Of a DNA stretch of 64,000 nt, positions 49,601 to 61,480 are shown one piece after another. Position numbers and translations under genes: made by a program. The notes beneath the pieces were generated by a model, which was not told the origin of the DNA, made no database searches, and saw nothing but the letters and a program-made list of their open reading frames with translations. Within the stretch, counting starts at the first letter, position 1. Each line of letters begins with the position of its first letter. Origin of the DNA: Monocercomonoides exilis PA203 (lineage: Eukaryota; Protista; Preaxostyla); contig LSRY02000001.1 of assembly GCA_001643675.2 (NCBI GenBank), positions 2,418,001-2,482,000 of the forward strand, read 5' to 3'.

Positions 49601-51452
49601 AAATTCTTCTCTTTGGATTTTGAATGATGGATGTGATTTGAGAGGGATAGCAGGAGAAAGGTCATCTCCATTTTTCATTCCCAGACTGGAAGATGTTTCA
49701 GTGAATGAAAATGGCAGCAATGTTGTTGTGAAATTCAAGGGATCTCTTTTTGTGCCTTGTGACTTGTCATTCAGATTGATATTCAAAACGGGGGATGTGG
49801 AGTTGGTTGAGACATATCCATTTGAGGAAGACAGTTTTGTTTCAGAAACAGAAGTGATTGGAAGAATCCCATCAGAAAATATATCAAAGGTTGCAGATGA
49901 AACAGAGGTGTCAGTGATGATTCTGTTTGGAAAGCAATTGACCGCAACCTCTCCACAGATTGTGAAGAACAAAACAGAACCAAAGACTGGAAATGATAAA
50001 GTGGTGGAAGGAGGAAAAGAAGGGAAATCATCATGGTCATTGATAATTGCTATCATATTTGTTGTTTTGTTTTTGATCGTTCTGATTGGATTTATTTTGT
50101 TTGCGGTTCGGTGGAGAAAGGCAAAGAATGAAGCAAAAGATCTAAGAGAGATTGTGAATGACACAGTGAGGAAGGATCCGAAGCTGATTGAGATGGTGAC
50201 GATGGAGCCATCACCCGAGGAGCAGTGGAGGAGAGCAGAAAGGGAGGCAGAGAAGAAGAACGAAGAAAGAATCAAGAAGAGAGTGTATGAGAAAAGCTTG
50301 GGACACTCAGAATCGTCAGAGCATTTGCTGAGTGAATGTGGCTCAACAGAATACATTTTGGGGAGAGACTCAGACAAGATCCCTGATTGGGCACTGGAGA
50401 AGGTTGAAGAAGAAGATATAAGAAAGAGATCACCATCACCATCCATTTCATCCACTTCCACCACTTCAACAACAGACTCAGATTCAACATTTGTTCGGGG
50501 TGAGGATCTGTGCCCCACCACCTCGTCGATGTCGAATCTGGTGGATGTGATGGCGTGTTCGTCTCCCCATGAGAAGCTGATTGTGGATCTGAGGGATTCG
50601 CTGTTCATGCTGTTGCATGGAAGGAACAAGACAAAAGAGATGGCGATAGGCACTCTGCAGGAGAGGGAGATGACAGCTGCACAGATCCTGTTCTGGGTGG
50701 CGAATCTCTCACTCCACTCGTTTGATGAAATGGAGAATCCTCTGTCATCTCTTTCCAATCTCACTCCGCACATTGTGCTGTTCTCGGAACACATGGTGAT
50801 CTGCATTGTTTTGCACTCGGACTTTTCATCAGACTCTGACAGTTCATCTGTCTCTTCAAGCTCCACCATGGTCACATCTTGCTCTGATGTTTCAGTGATG
50901 AGCGAGAGATTCACCAAGTCGCCACCACCTTCATCAGCGTTTGAGGATGATGACGATGATATCAGAAAAGAGTGTCTGAGATGGAAGGCACCAGAGCTGC
51001 AGATGAACAAGAAGATGGGAGCGACAAAGGAGTCAGTGGCATTCTCGATTGGGATGATGCTGTGGGAGTGCCTGACACTGGAGATCCCATTTGATGAGTA
51101 TGAGGGTGAGGTGGCAGGGCAGAAGATAGTGAATGGAGAGAGACCGAATATGAAAAAAATTGAGGGATCTCGGTTGAAAAGTGTGGTGGAGAAAAGTGTG
51201 ATGGCGCAAATGCCAGACAGAGTATCGCTTTCAAGCATGAAGAGAGAATTCATTGGACTGTTTCCAGCGAATGCAACTATGCTGACGGTGACAGATGCAC
51301 TGTGCTATGGAGGGGATAGCAACGAAGAAAGAGGCGAAAACTGTGTTCGAAGAAACAGCAGAATAGTGGAGTGTGTTCTGATTGAGGAGAATAAAGATGA
51401 TATTATTGTTGGTGATGGAGACAGCCCAAACAACAAATACGAGAGAAACTGA
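43614..51452 (+). CDS. 2612-aa type I membrane receptor-like protein: signal peptide, Pmp-like beta-helix ectodomain, one TM helix, degenerate protein-kinase domain
   Basis: Single uninterrupted ORF. Hydrophobic N-terminus; repeated FxxC...GGA(I/L) motifs and four CG-x(4-5)-PC modules; TM WSLIIAIIFVVLFLIVLIGFILFAVRW (about 50034-50114); kinase C-lobe LRWKAPEL, FSIGMMLWECLTLEIPF, GERP. Confidence 0.9.
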   Translation: MHLFLLACLILAETFKSQVVYETTTLENQGIFSNITFKYNCIYFGQGNSNDAQFFANGNNNYLSEQRKASGTNRWKAGTSTAIYSFIRSSNSSVGLKNVAVEYSASPFILITDASDVVLDSCISHQKSESPFHLIIGSICLTNMTLIPQKSLNPSGLIFSSDDSNSAILRNSIMTDLTVSSSDYFLVSGKSKSEQIDNCAFRNMSVKYTTNSDHFVEHSCFRSSMEKCLIYSCVNAFEGGISSGSYSSQEFVCKNTTINFGKREANSLQKKGQINSTESQSFSLCEWTDCTSPQGGALYVHDNASAILNVENSSFTRCNASSTRGGGIYALKIAECIVLHSTFVQCFAAGKTNYGGGGIQFEHVNVQSIVDDCSFHSCFAEDEGGAINLRPTKTQKQKRCIINSVFLFCHSTIDCGGAIMHWNCTDQVVISNCLFCHCYSLSGGGAVSHQISSNNNGILFYYCFFHNNTCSKGGHDIALHGSTSNNIDSTCYSTRQSKNRVSSSYSSIVDKSEWLHNDFGNVRFVSSTDSQPKGNDTYACGIYESYPCSTISRCLTQLIPDLVPNVEIFSGTIIETNSFDCGSDSFTVYGQSNMSTAIHTEFETSGISLFSVSTGTLTARDFVLVHGSAHPNNRGSRLFEISGAGGMSVSRLNISFGSGQSSETAFSTELINVQNGMFQMGNVNWAKTISTDSLFSLSSTNEISLALSECGFDGIERTTSGAAVISFSNDKANIDVNSSTFEGCGSRTSADGGSMMLCVGNGNEVKVKGGSFDGCYCSATYGFGGGILLRLLNENPNFLISSSFGTNTAKWGSDIFVISPNLEETAKSENITCVTDSLDSLEKVRGYDNGNTSVAIPLCIYLLPTPEEIYVSNSEASNHSHCGIVQFPCLTMKHSLTKQTGTKKIVVNGMIMMSDELAFAGQKHEMRGNDDESGWTVSDSSETSNSSMISANVETELSKLIFSLPSSLSLHSTFISSSSSSMTLSQCSLSLQNPSSELTILFLSVESGILIIDKFSASSIDLRRNPVISLSGSGTNTELMSALWLNMTNSNFTKIERAAGSGGCVSIDNSDDENTNTQINIEECEFDECSVLDDESRGGAIDAQLKGCIQMNVISCTFTGCTAPAEERKIGFGGGMALKLIDDDSSFVISSPVFEADKPNIARYGNDLFVESPNLTKSITNTSLPFVTGHLADISFDSMRGFDGSDTTNAIPLVNFWRAIGSEIFIGSEGCDVCVCGFSDYPCQSMDHSLTRLAEGKERNVSIKGKGYLQKSVDVSGISVKSDESSMCSLECVSSLEGAEGAAMKICGITNFELMKFVIPSSFASGVNVLMHVGSSEGLLTVKDCSFTKNGDEREEVTDYGLIKAEGGTVVLELVTMQLLSFSQDVISVLPTTVLNAKNLTMKNIGVDGASGLRISKGSAGEKRGGNEGEQNIVIEWSLFEEVTQDTTENISIIRNENDAPLKMVIGNTTMKRCGGLKCGKGGGMFCELNEGGSFECSFCKISECFCSTAGRGGWLFLECTSTADKPLNFVLSNITFRDNSALRGRDVYVRCHSIDSQIVDEQFLLDFRAQFVKDKAIWGCTTDSYVGEEDLLLRVMRYQSETIFVSSVADNRADSKQCGEFNTPCHSLSFGVQHIIPSLYSQMLILGQTEIVGECDVLDVTIRSLQSPSAALVHLNSTITNEGSVITTSEKVRIESVKFNFGQSFSYSGCSIIQEANGQLSLSFVDFSSVGKSESIELVGLNSTLLNIENGILHVDNCSMSMLSFKKPSFLLNGDEINIANVKLEQIESTTDVFEIGQCGSVVFNGVSADGVKLSEGCVIAINDLSSSSISIGISSFNNCSRNSKGASVLSASSSSAQIVLSNCSYSNCDSLSSKGSIVELHNTNDISMDSCQFIGVKTKESENERNSDFEEICKWNGSLVHSTNSSLEMKYVTIMNASSGGLSVSAGDVTIEKGEFMNNNPFIEKYPSLRRNIICSDSASLTISSLKGGDGLMPNSSLWILNDGCDLRGIAGERSSPFFIPRLEDVSVNENGSNVVVKFKGSLFVPCDLSFRLIFKTGDVELVETYPFEEDSFVSETEVIGRIPSENISKVADETEVSVMILFGKQLTATSPQIVKNKTEPKTGNDKVVEGGKEGKSSWSLIIAIIFVVLFLIVLIGFILFAVRWRKAKNEAKDLREIVNDTVRKDPKLIEMVTMEPSPEEQWRRAEREAEKKNEERIKKRVYEKSLGHSESSEHLLSECGSTEYILGRDSDKIPDWALEKVEEEDIRKRSPSPSISSTSTTSTTDSDSTFVRGEDLCPTTSSMSNLVDVMACSSPHEKLIVDLRDSLFMLLHGRNKTKEMAIGTLQEREMTAAQILFWVANLSLHSFDEMENPLSSLSNLTPHIVLFSEHMVICIVLHSDFSSDSDSSSVSSSSTMVTSCSDVSVMSERFTKSPPPSSAFEDDDDDIRKECLRWKAPELQMNKKMGATKESVAFSIGMMLWECLTLEIPFDEYEGEVAGQKIVNGERPNMKKIEGSRLKSVVEKSVMAQMPDRVSLSSMKREFIGLFPANATMLTVTDALCYGGDSNEERGENCVRRNSRIVECVLIEENKDDIIVGDGDSPNNKYERN

Positions 51453-52355
51453 AAAGATGAATTTGAGGAAAAGAAATAACATTTAAAGAAGATTTTGAAT
51501 AATGAATAAAAACAGCAATTTTAATTATATTTGATTGAATGATGTGTGTCTGATAATGAACACACTCTCTTTATTTTTTGAAAGCGACTATCCTTTATAT
51601 CGACACAAAAGATGATCATTAAAAATGCGAAATGTTCAACAAAAATTTATCATTTGGCTGAACGACAAATTGTTTCAGAGTATTTTCAAAAAAAAATTTT
51701 TTTTTCGTTCTATTTTATTTGCTTAATTTATCCATTCATTATTTGTAATTCCATTTGCAAATTTGCAATGCAGTTGACTTTGCATTATGGTTGGAGTGGC
51801 TGCCATTCTCTTTTGCATTTTCTTAGTTTTTTTTCATACATTTTTTTGATGAAAAGAATCTTTTTTTTTTTTTCTTATATGTGTCAATAGTCAATTATCT
51901 TTGTAACTCAAATTCGATGACTTCTCTTTTTTTGAGTTCATATAACAATTCAAAGTTAATATTCAATTTATGTGTGTTTATATCAGTTTTGAGACTTTCT
52001 CTTCTTTTGTTCAGCATGTGCTCAATTTCTTTAACCTCTTATTGTATTTCAAAACTATGTTACGTGTGAGACATGGATTTTATTTTGAAGAAAGAATCTG
52101 TTCATTTCATTTGTGTAAAGTAATGTTTTCTTCATTGCAAATGTGAAATTGCATTTTTGTTTATTTTGTATGTTCAAAAAATCAAAAATTATTTAGATTA
52201 AAAAAGTCAAAACAATTCATCTTTTCTTGTTGTTTAACGGTGAATGCAAGTTGATTCATACACACGAATATTTATTTTCTTGTTTAAATAAAAATATTTT
52301 TTTTTTCTAGCAATCATATTTTGAAAACAAAAATTGAAATGATAAATAATATATA

Positions 52356-52625
52356 TGGGGGAAAATACGGACTTTCAAGCTTTTTATGCATAAAGCATGA
52401 AAAAATTGTTTCGCTCATAACATTATTTAACTTAATCAGATTTAGAAATAAATTTGATTTTCATATCCGTAAACAGGCATCGTTTAAATTAAATCATGAA
52501 GTTTTGTGACATTCCGCATTTGTCATAAAATAGAACTAATTTTATAATATTTTTTGATATAAAATAGTCAATGAAAAGTGCATAATTTTAAAATGAAAAT
52601 GCTTGAAGCAAAATATTTTGCCCCA
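52356..52625. mobile_element. 270-bp MITE, family B, copy 2
   Basis: TA|TGGGGGAAAATA...TATTTTGCCCCA|TA (11/12 TIR match). Confidence 0.85.
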
Positions 52626-52921
52626 TATAATCAACAAGTTCTCTCTTCATAATTTTTCTGGAATTTTTCTGCTTTTATTCATCATCCAAAATATCATCAT
52701 TCAAAATGTGGGATTTGCGAAATCTTCTTTTTTGGGGCTTTTCAGCTGCGAAAAGAATTTTTTCTTCTTTTTTATCATTATTTTTTTTTCCTTTCTTTTC
52801 TTCTTTTCTTTTGTTTTCTTATTTCCAATTTTCAAGGATGTGTTGTTCAGAAATAGTTTCACCAAAAAAACAAATCTGTTGAACTCTTTTTCATTATAAC
52901 CGAAGGCTCTTTTGGAAGTGT

Positions 52922-54210
52922 TTATTTTACTGAATGCCACTCATTTGAAAGCACGCCGCTTCTCTTGAACGAAGAAACAACAGTTGCAGGAAGTGATGCC
53001 GTCTGAAGAGCTTGAGGAAGAACGTTGGAAATGGCCTCACGTCTGAGAGAAATGGAAGAATCTTGATGCACAGAGCTCAAAGAGTTGATGCATTTTTTGA
53101 GGACAGCAAACACACCACGATCAAGAGGTTGTGTGATGTGTGAACTGTGTGGAATAAAAGTGACGACGTCAATGTTGTTATCAGCAAATTTCTGCCATAT
53201 GTCAGGCTGAGCCCGAGAAGAGTGAGAATCCAAAAGCAGAAGACATCTCTCATTGGTTCTCATTAATATTTTCCTTCTTTCGATGATTCCAGTTAATAAA
53301 ACCTCTTCTGCGTATCTTTGAAATATGCTTTCCGTCATCCATCCATCGTTGTTATCCCAAACATCAATGAATGCGCTCAGAAGAACTCGCATTTCCTTTG
53401 GTAATTAATTGCATGTTCACAACACAACGCTTATGAGAAATTATCCATTTGCATCAGCTGCAATAACCAAAGTGGCATTTGGCATGTTTGTGGGTGTTGC
53501 ATGAAATCCAGCTGGAACTCCTGTGGTGTGAATCACTAGAGTTTTAAAGATATCAAATAGAAGAAGTTAAAAATCATCAGTGTTGAAGATCAAAAAGTGT
53601 GAACAATGATGTCAACTGATAAGATTTTGAAGAAGCTCATTGAAAACAAGAAGAGTTTTTTGGTTTGGAAACTGAAAAATGTTGGATATCCACATATCTG
53701 GGCATGGATGCTTTGAGCTCTGATTTCTTTTTTTCAAATAAATATGGATATGCTTTTGATACACTTGCACATTCATCAACTTCAGTTTCAAAATGACTTT
53801 TTTTGTCGGAAAGGACGGATTCCATCTGAAAATTATTTTTAATTAAAAATGGAAGAATAAAAAAGATGAAAACAAACTAATTCTCTTGATCTCTTTGCAT
53901 TTAAACTTGTTCCAAATTAACTTTCAATCTTGATAACTCCAACAATAGTATTTTTGTCATCTTCATTGAATAGTTCTGGCCTTCCAGATTTTCCAACATC
54001 TCTGCCACTCTAAACTGCTGAAACTGCTCTGATTACTGAAGAAACCGAGAATTCTTTTATATTCATTGCATCAACGATTCTGACATGTCCATCAACTACA
54101 ATACGTGCCATGCGTTCTAATCGATTTTCAATTCTTCGATATTCAAATGACATCATTTTTTCTCGAAGAATTAACTGTCCACGTTTTCTATTGGTTTTCA
54201 CAACACTCAT
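52922..54210 (-). pseudogene. Decayed pogo/Fot1-like DD35D (DDE_1) transposase, copy 1
   Basis: GWMT--IF, LLLLDSHSSR, FIPHSSHITQPLDRGVF with 35 aa between the last two Asp. Stops and frameshifts; GT-AG intron at 53877-53826. Confidence 0.85.
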
Positions 54211-55404
54211 TGAAAAAATATTCTGGTAATGATCTTTTTTTATTTTTTTTTAAAAATAATTTTTTTTGATATGAAAAATAATCAAAAAAATATTTTCGAT
54301 TAAATTCTAACTTAGTCAGCCCCGTTGCTATTACCTAATCTTCTCAGGGGAAACACTTATCAGAGATGGAGGAGAAGACCCACCTCATCTCTTCACACAT
54401 CGGAAATAAGGAACAGTAGTTTGATATAGGACTTCAGTCATTGATTTTTCGTGATATGCCGAAAACTATTATAAAAGTGGGTTTAACCAACTTATTCTTT
54501 TTTAAAAAGTTCGGGTTTATCAATCATCCTGTGTGATAGCTGTGATGAAATTGTATTTGAAAGAACAGCCACAGGAAACCTGATATTCACAAACAATCAT
54601 GCTTTGTTCTTTGATTAGGTTCATTCTGTCAAGTTGTTATTCACATCAATATTTATCAAAAGAACTCTGTTTTCTCGCAAAATGGCATTATAAAGTTGTC
54701 AACCCTTTTTATCAAGAAAAATATGGAAGATGAAATGGATTTCTTTTATTTTCGTTGTTAGAGAAAACATAAAATTTGATCTTTTTTTGTGTAAAAAAGT
54801 GTGAACAAAAAAATTTTTTTTTTTACTTTTTCAGAAACCTTTTTTATGGACTTATTACCGAAATGCCCATAAAAATTATGAGACTGAATATTTCTCAACA
54901 AAGATGATTCAGTTCATTTTGTGGATGAGAGAACTTCAACTTCACTGCAATTATTATTCATAATCAAATTTTTTGAAAATATTTCTTTTTTCAATTCAAT
55001 CAACAAGATATATTGCATTGAAAATTTTTTATTTCAATTTTTTTTAAACTTCCATTCATTTTTTGGATATTTTGCTATTTGGGTTAAATGAAAAATTAAC
55101 TTTTCACATATCAGAAGAGAAGGAAGAACTTTGTGAAGAAATTATTTTGTTGCGTCAAATATTTATCACGTCCAATTTCTTTTATTTAATCGCATATTTC
55201 AAAAATCAATTTATTAGAAACCCACATTTCGAGATATAAAGAGTTATTATTTTGTATATAAATAATTATTAACTACTGAATAAACACATTTAAATACATA
55301 ACCTGTTTCAACTGAGGGAGAAAATGGGTGGTTAAAAGCCTCCTGTTGAAACTCTATCAGTTGCAGGTTGGTTCTAATGAATTCAATTTTCAAAAATATA
55401 TATT

Positions 55405-55661
55405 TGTGTGATTTTTTTTGAAATCATATTTTTTCACACAAAAATTTCGGTGCATAAATATTTTTTGAATATCAATAAAAAAAGTTGAATAGTGAAAAGG
55501 CTTGTTAAATGCATTTTCATCTTTGATTCGAAAAAACCATTTGCTTTTAAAACAATTATCATTCTTATTCTCTTTTGAATAAAAATTTTCTTTCAAAAAT
55601 GAACAATCTTTGATATATCAACATCCCGGAAAAAAAATATGATTTCAAAAATAATCACCCA
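55405..55661. mobile_element. 257-bp MITE, family A, copy 2
   Basis: Colinear with 40106-40362; right TIR ATATGATTTCAAAAATAATCACCCA. Confidence 0.85.
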
Positions 55662-55755
55662 TTTGAAAAAATAAAAAAAAAATATCAAATTTCGTAGAAA
55701 TTAATAATAATAAAATAAAAAATTAGCAAACTGATCATAACCCAAAATATTAAAA

Positions 55756-57403
55756 ATGAAAAAAAAGTTGCAAGGAAATCAACTGCAGGTCAGCTGTAGC
55801 TGCGGGAGGGAATGCAATCATTCAAATATCAGCAATTTCGGAATCCGTTTGAGTGAATGGCGCATATTGTAAACGATGGAGCTGTGCGTATGGTATATGC
55901 ACACAACAGTAAAAAATTTAGCAAAATTCGAATCAAGTGTGATGTGAAGGCTGTTCGGCAAGGCAGATAGGTTTCTTTAATTGGTAGGCCAGCTGTGGTC
56001 ATTGGGGAAAAAGATCAAACTGTTTTTGATGAAATGAAAATTGAATCACTGTCTGGAGCAAGTTTAACCAACAAAAATATGCGTGAACTGGTTTGCATAA
56101 ACATTCTTTGAAATGTATTAATTAATATTAATTCAATTGAAAATGTCGTTAATGCTTCAAACCAGAAAACACATCAGATGTTAAAGTTTCTGCGAAAATT
56201 TCCTTCAATTTCATCAAACGACATCCAGATCTAAAGACATTAAAGCCGAAAATTGTTTGATGCAAACAGGCTTGCGGTATCATGCCAACAAGTTCTTAAG
56301 CCCTGGAATGATATGCTCAACGGATCGCATCAGAACAACAGTGACAACAACGCACTGATTTTCAATGTGGACGAGTCTTCACTCAGGGTTCCCGACAGCT
56401 TCAATCGGAATGTTGTTCATCCGGCAAATGCAAAACCCGGTTTCGCAAAATCTGCGGTAAGAATGGAGAATTTTTCGTTGATTGAGGCAGTTGCAGCTGA
56501 TTTCCGAACACTTCCTTCAGTGAATTTTGTGACCAAGTCTCAAACTTCCTGATGACTTGAAGCCTCTTCAGTCTACAAATCTTGAGTTTTGCCCGAACAA
56601 ATGCGGATGGATGGAATCTTCAACGTTCAGAAAATATGCCCTTTGCTATTCTTCTCCGTTGAATCAAAGAAAGAAGACATCGCATGTCACTCGACAAATC
56701 ACACTTCTTGCTTCAAATCGACCCCCACATTTCTCGAGCAGATCCAACAATCTGGCGAGAGTTCAAAAAAGAAAATGTAGATGTTGTGACGTTCATCCCT
56801 CACTGCACACACATCTGCCAACCACTTGACCGAGGCGTATTTTCCGTTCTGAAGTCTGAGATGAGTTCACAGTTCGAAGCACCTTCGTCATCTTCTTCAG
56901 CAGCGAAGAGAACAGCTCTTGTGGAAGCTCAACAACAATCAATTCATTCTGCGCTATCACCTTCGGTCATCATCAGAGCATTCAAATACAGCGGTGGGCT
57001 GAAAGACTCGTCTGGGCCAGTTCTGATGAAGCTTCCTCTTTCATCGACTTATCCTCTTCCTTCTTATAAAAATCGATTTGACTTCGACGGCAAAGAAATA
57101 ACTGAAGAAAAGTCACTAAATGAGTGGGATGATTTTTTGAAAAAGAAAAACGAAATGGAAAATGAAAAAGAAAACATTTCGGATGAAAAAAATGATGAAA
57201 CAATGAATTTCACAAAAAAGCTGAAAAGAAAATTCAAAGTACTTCAAGATGAGAACGACATTGAGAGAGAATCATATAATGAAATTGAAAGAGGAAAGGG
57301 AAAAAGAAAAGTCATACGCAAATTAGATTCGAGCTTTGTATTTTTTTTTAATTTTTTTTGGAATTATTCATTTCGAAAAAGTGGGGTACCAATAAAAAGA
57401 TAA
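55756..57403 (+). pseudogene. Decayed pogo/Fot1-like DD35D transposase, copy 2
   Basis: IFNVDESS, GWMESSTF, LLQIDPHISR...FIPHCTHICQPLDRGVF spread over shifted frames. N-terminus homologous to copy 1. Confidence 0.85.
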
Positions 57404-58447
57404 GTTCAAACAGAAATACAGCACAATGAAATTATTCAGTTTTTGATTTGAATTTCAACGAATACATTGAAAACATTCTCTCAAAGTTTTGATATATTCA
57501 CATTATTGATAGCTTCTTCCTCAAGCTATTGTAAACTTATTGCTTTTTCATTTCTGAATGTTCTTCGAAAAGCTCTATATCTTTTTACTGATTTAATGAA
57601 GGAAAAAATAGTTTTGTCGATTGTGTGATGATTAAATGGAATATTTATGTTCAAACATTTGTTGATAATTTCTCATTCAAAATTGCTCTTCCAATGATGA
57701 GGAAGGTGAAATTCATATTCGTCTTTCAAAATCAGAAAACATTAAACAGAAAATAATAATAACTATTTTATCTTTCATTCTTTTATTCATTGTTTTATTT
57801 AATAACACAATTAAAGATAGGAAAAGTGCTATTTCTAATTGGGAATGCACTAAAAAAATGTTGATGTGAAAGGGTCTCTTTTATTTTCACAATTCTTTTC
57901 ATCAAAGCAGTTCCCATTATCCATGGGCAACGTGCTGATTTCTGATGAGAAATTTTTATTTCTGACCTTCGTTTCAGATTTTTCAACGTCACGAAATAAA
58001 AATCAAAAAATGTTTTGTTTAACAACAGTTGTTTTTCATCATGTGATAGTATTCTTTGTATTTTTGAAATTACAATTATTGGTTTTTTTCCAAATCGAAT
58101 TTTCCATCAAACAATTTTCACTGACGTGTAAGTTATTATCAAAATTTTGACACGTGGTTGATGACACAAGTCACCAACATCAGGAAAAATCAGAGATGCG
58201 AAAAAGTCAAAAATAGTCTATTGGTAGCAAACTGAAAGAATGAAACAGAAATCAAATGCTATAATGTTTTTTGAATGACAGACACACAAAACAAATCAGT
58301 TTATAGTTTTTTCTTTTTGTTTTCAATGAATTGCTTGTTTTTGAAAAAAAATGCAAAAAGGAGCATTCTAATTAAAAATATGTTGAATTAATTTGATTTT
58401 TGTAACTGAATTTGAACCAGCTATATTTATGAATTTTTTTGTTTTTT

Positions 58448-58671
58448 CATTTTTCATAGAAGGAAGACCTGGGACAATATTTTTTGATTTATGAATTTTG
58501 TTCCATTCAGAATTTTCGAACAAATCTCTCAATTTTTCAATTTTTCAAAGTGTTTTTGCATGATAATGTTTGACTTGCTATGATATGAAAGTGGTAATAG
58601 TTTGGAACAAATAGTTCTTTTTTTCAAAAAAGGAAGAATTTTGTCCCACCTTTTCAAGGAATGAAAAATGA
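58448..58671. repeat. Small degenerate inverted-repeat element, MITE-like
   Basis: TCATTTTTCAT...TGGGACAATAT against ATTTTGTCCCA...ATGAAAAATGA. Confidence 0.45.
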
Positions 58672-60100
58672 TCATCTTTATTTCGAAAAAATGCAAAGAT
58701 AAAGCACTTTTTCATTCAAAAAAGATTTGCTTTTCTTGCTCGTTGAAACACAAATAATCAAGTTGATAGTGCGAAACAAAAACTTCAATGATCAAATGAG
58801 AAGGATAATGAACTTTCAAACGTGATCGGGAACAGAAAACGTTTGTGTAATGAATAAATTGAATTTGCTTTGTTCGTTTGGCTGCAATAGCTTTTGAATT
58901 ATCTTCTATTTCTTAACAACTGTCATTTATTTGCAAAAATTGACAATCACTGGAAGTCTGACTTTCAATCGCTCTTTTTCAACTGTTCGCAGTTTTATCT
59001 TCAAATGCATGTTATCATTCTTGCCATCATTCCATATTAATACTCAAACGAAATCTAAAAGATTTCAAGATTGTATGGGAAGAAGTTGCAAAAAAAATCA
59101 ATGCAATGGAACAGAGCAGAGGAAATATTGATGAATGAAAAGAAATGAGAATTCGATTCGAGAAAAGGTGATAAGAAAAAAAATTGTGAATAATTAAATA
59201 TTCGATTGATATTAACGAAGAATATTAAAGCAACAATTCATTCAAAAATTATTATAATAAAAAAACTGATACCATTGGTGCCAAACCCGCCCCCTCAGAT
59301 TTTTGCTAAACACATATATTTTTGTTATTATTTTTTCAGATTCCTTCATGTTAGCTTCAAAAAAAAAAAAGAATATGTGATTTTAATGAAATGACTGTAT
59401 ACAAACGCTGTGCAAAAGTTAATAAACAGTTAAATATCCATCTTCAAATAAACTTGGAACAAAGTATTTTCTTTTGTTGAAAGAAGTGAGAAAAGCAAAA
59501 ACTATTTTCACTTGTATTTCTTCATTGATCTCAACGATTCGCGATTCCAAACTTATTCATTATTGAAAGAAAGATAGATAGAAAGAAACTACAACGACAA
59601 CGAAGAATAATATTTCTTGCGAAATTCAATTTCTTTTTTACTAAAAGCAGGTGAAACTGCTCTTAGAATTGGCTTTCGTTTTCCATATTTCTTATTTCCT
59701 CAGAATCGCTTCCTCCACAATTATCATCGTAAACGATTTCACAAATTTTCTTTTTCTTTTTCTGTTTTCTTTCTGTTTAATCTTCATCTGAAGAAGAGCC
59801 TGACAAAAGAATGTTGAATTCTTTTCGAGAATGCTTTGTTTGAAAGGTTGAAGAAGTCGAAGAAGCTTTTGATTTTTCAATTTCTTTATTTTTCGATCAA
59901 GGAAATGCAAGATGCTTTTCAGCATCTTCAAGTTGCTTTTTCAATTCAAAGATGTCCAAATTTTCAATTATTGTTGAAGAATTTAATTTGTGATCATTAG
60001 ACGGAGAAGAACAGATCGGTTCGCTCGGCGAAGTTGATTTTGTTGAGTTTGCTTTTTCTGCAAAATATCTATCTGATTTTTTTGATGAAGCTGGGATTCT

Positions 60101-61104
60101 TTATTTCTTTGGTGGAGAATAGTTTCCGAAAAGTTCTCCACTCCAATTTTGAGATGAAAAAGGAAGATCTTCTTTCAATGAAGAGGGTCTAGAATGTGCT
60201 CCAGATGCACGAGAGAGAAGGGGAGCTGCAGCAACAGGCCAAACTCCTATCTTTATGTTTGATGCATATGCAGTTGATGGAAAACAAGCTGCCACCAAGG
60301 CTTTGGGGGGATATCTGCAAGTTATGCTCGATAAGAAGGGAGATAAAATGGAGAAGGAAAGAAAATATTTTCGTTCAATGAAGATTTTTGCAAACAAAAG
60401 ATACAGGAATCGCATGGTTGAAATAAGTGCGTCATGTTAGGTTTGAATCGTTTTAAGATGATTTTGTTTTTTTCAGCTGCTTCAATTACAAATTCATCAT
60501 TATGTGTTGAATGATTGTCCATCAACAAAAGGGCGCGATGTGAGCTGGTTGGTTTGACTTTCTCTGCGATTAATGGAATCCAGCAATTAATCATGATGTG
60601 CTTGAAGATATCCTTAGTAATCCACTCGGAAGATGAAAAAATATATCTGATATCAAACAAAGAAAGAGTTCGAAACTCTTTCTGGAGTGGTTTTTTTGGC
60701 CAAAGAAGAAATCGTGGCAATGAGGATCCGTCAGCGCAAATACAAAGGCATATTTTTTCATTCGGGACTTTCGGAACGATAGAACTTGTGGAGGAGTTTG
60801 ACCTTTAAGGCAAACAACCAGTTTGTTCGATGATTCCCCACATGAGATAGACGATTCATCAAATTTGAATATGTATGATGATGTGATGTTATAGTCTGAA
60901 ATAAAAGCTGACAGTTCTGAAAACCATCTGTTCATATTGTCTGGTTACTGTGCTTTGATTTTTGCAACTTCTATTGGACTTGCTATGGTGGCTATCAATA
61001 CATCACTTCGTTAAATTAATTTGTTTGCATATTTTTTGTTGATTGTTTTGAATTCTTTCTTTGGTTTTGATGATTTTTTTATCAGATCGACACACAAAAC
61101 CATC

Positions 61105-61181
<77 letters not shown>

Positions 61182-61480
61182 AAAAAAAAAAAAAACTTTA
61201 AAAAATATTGCAAACCATGTTTTGCACATCGCAAATTCGAACTATTGTTTGGTTAGACAAAAGGACCAAAACTTGGTTTTCAATTGTTTCCAACTGGTTG
61301 TCTGTGAATGTTTGTGGATGTCCATTCCTTCCGACCTCTCTTCCTGCTTTCTCCGCTCTTATCCCTCGTTTCCAAGCATCCTTTGAAATCACTTTGGCTT
61401 TAATTGCAGTTACATATTACGCTTTGAATTTTTGTCAAATCTCGAAAAGCTTTTTTGACGGCGATTTGAACTCGCGACAT
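60101..61480 (-). pseudogene. Decayed pogo/Fot1-like DD35D transposase, copy 3; possible TIR cores at 59276-59286 and 61864-61874
   Basis: IFKFDESS, EWITKDIF, LLLMDNHSTH...FKPNMTHLFQPCD (35-aa spacing). Flanking inverted 11-mer TGGTGCCAAAC/GTTTGGCACCA. Confidence 0.8.

Noticed and set aside
49379-51253. 624-aa antisense ORF
   Set aside because: In codon register with the receptor gene, low complexity, no independent domain signal.
877-54210. TAA/TAG reassignment to Gln (known in some oxymonads), suggested by in-frame stops at 3556, about 17372, 28360 and 54010
   Set aside because: The 2612-, 1940- and 1452-codon ORFs contain no internal TAA/TAG, and several genes end on TAG at plausible termini. 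Recoding would scatter these codons throughout.
55300-55370. Small hairpin GTTTCAAC/GTTGAAAC
   Set aside because: An 8-bp stem, single occurrence, no recognisable RNA family; could be chance.
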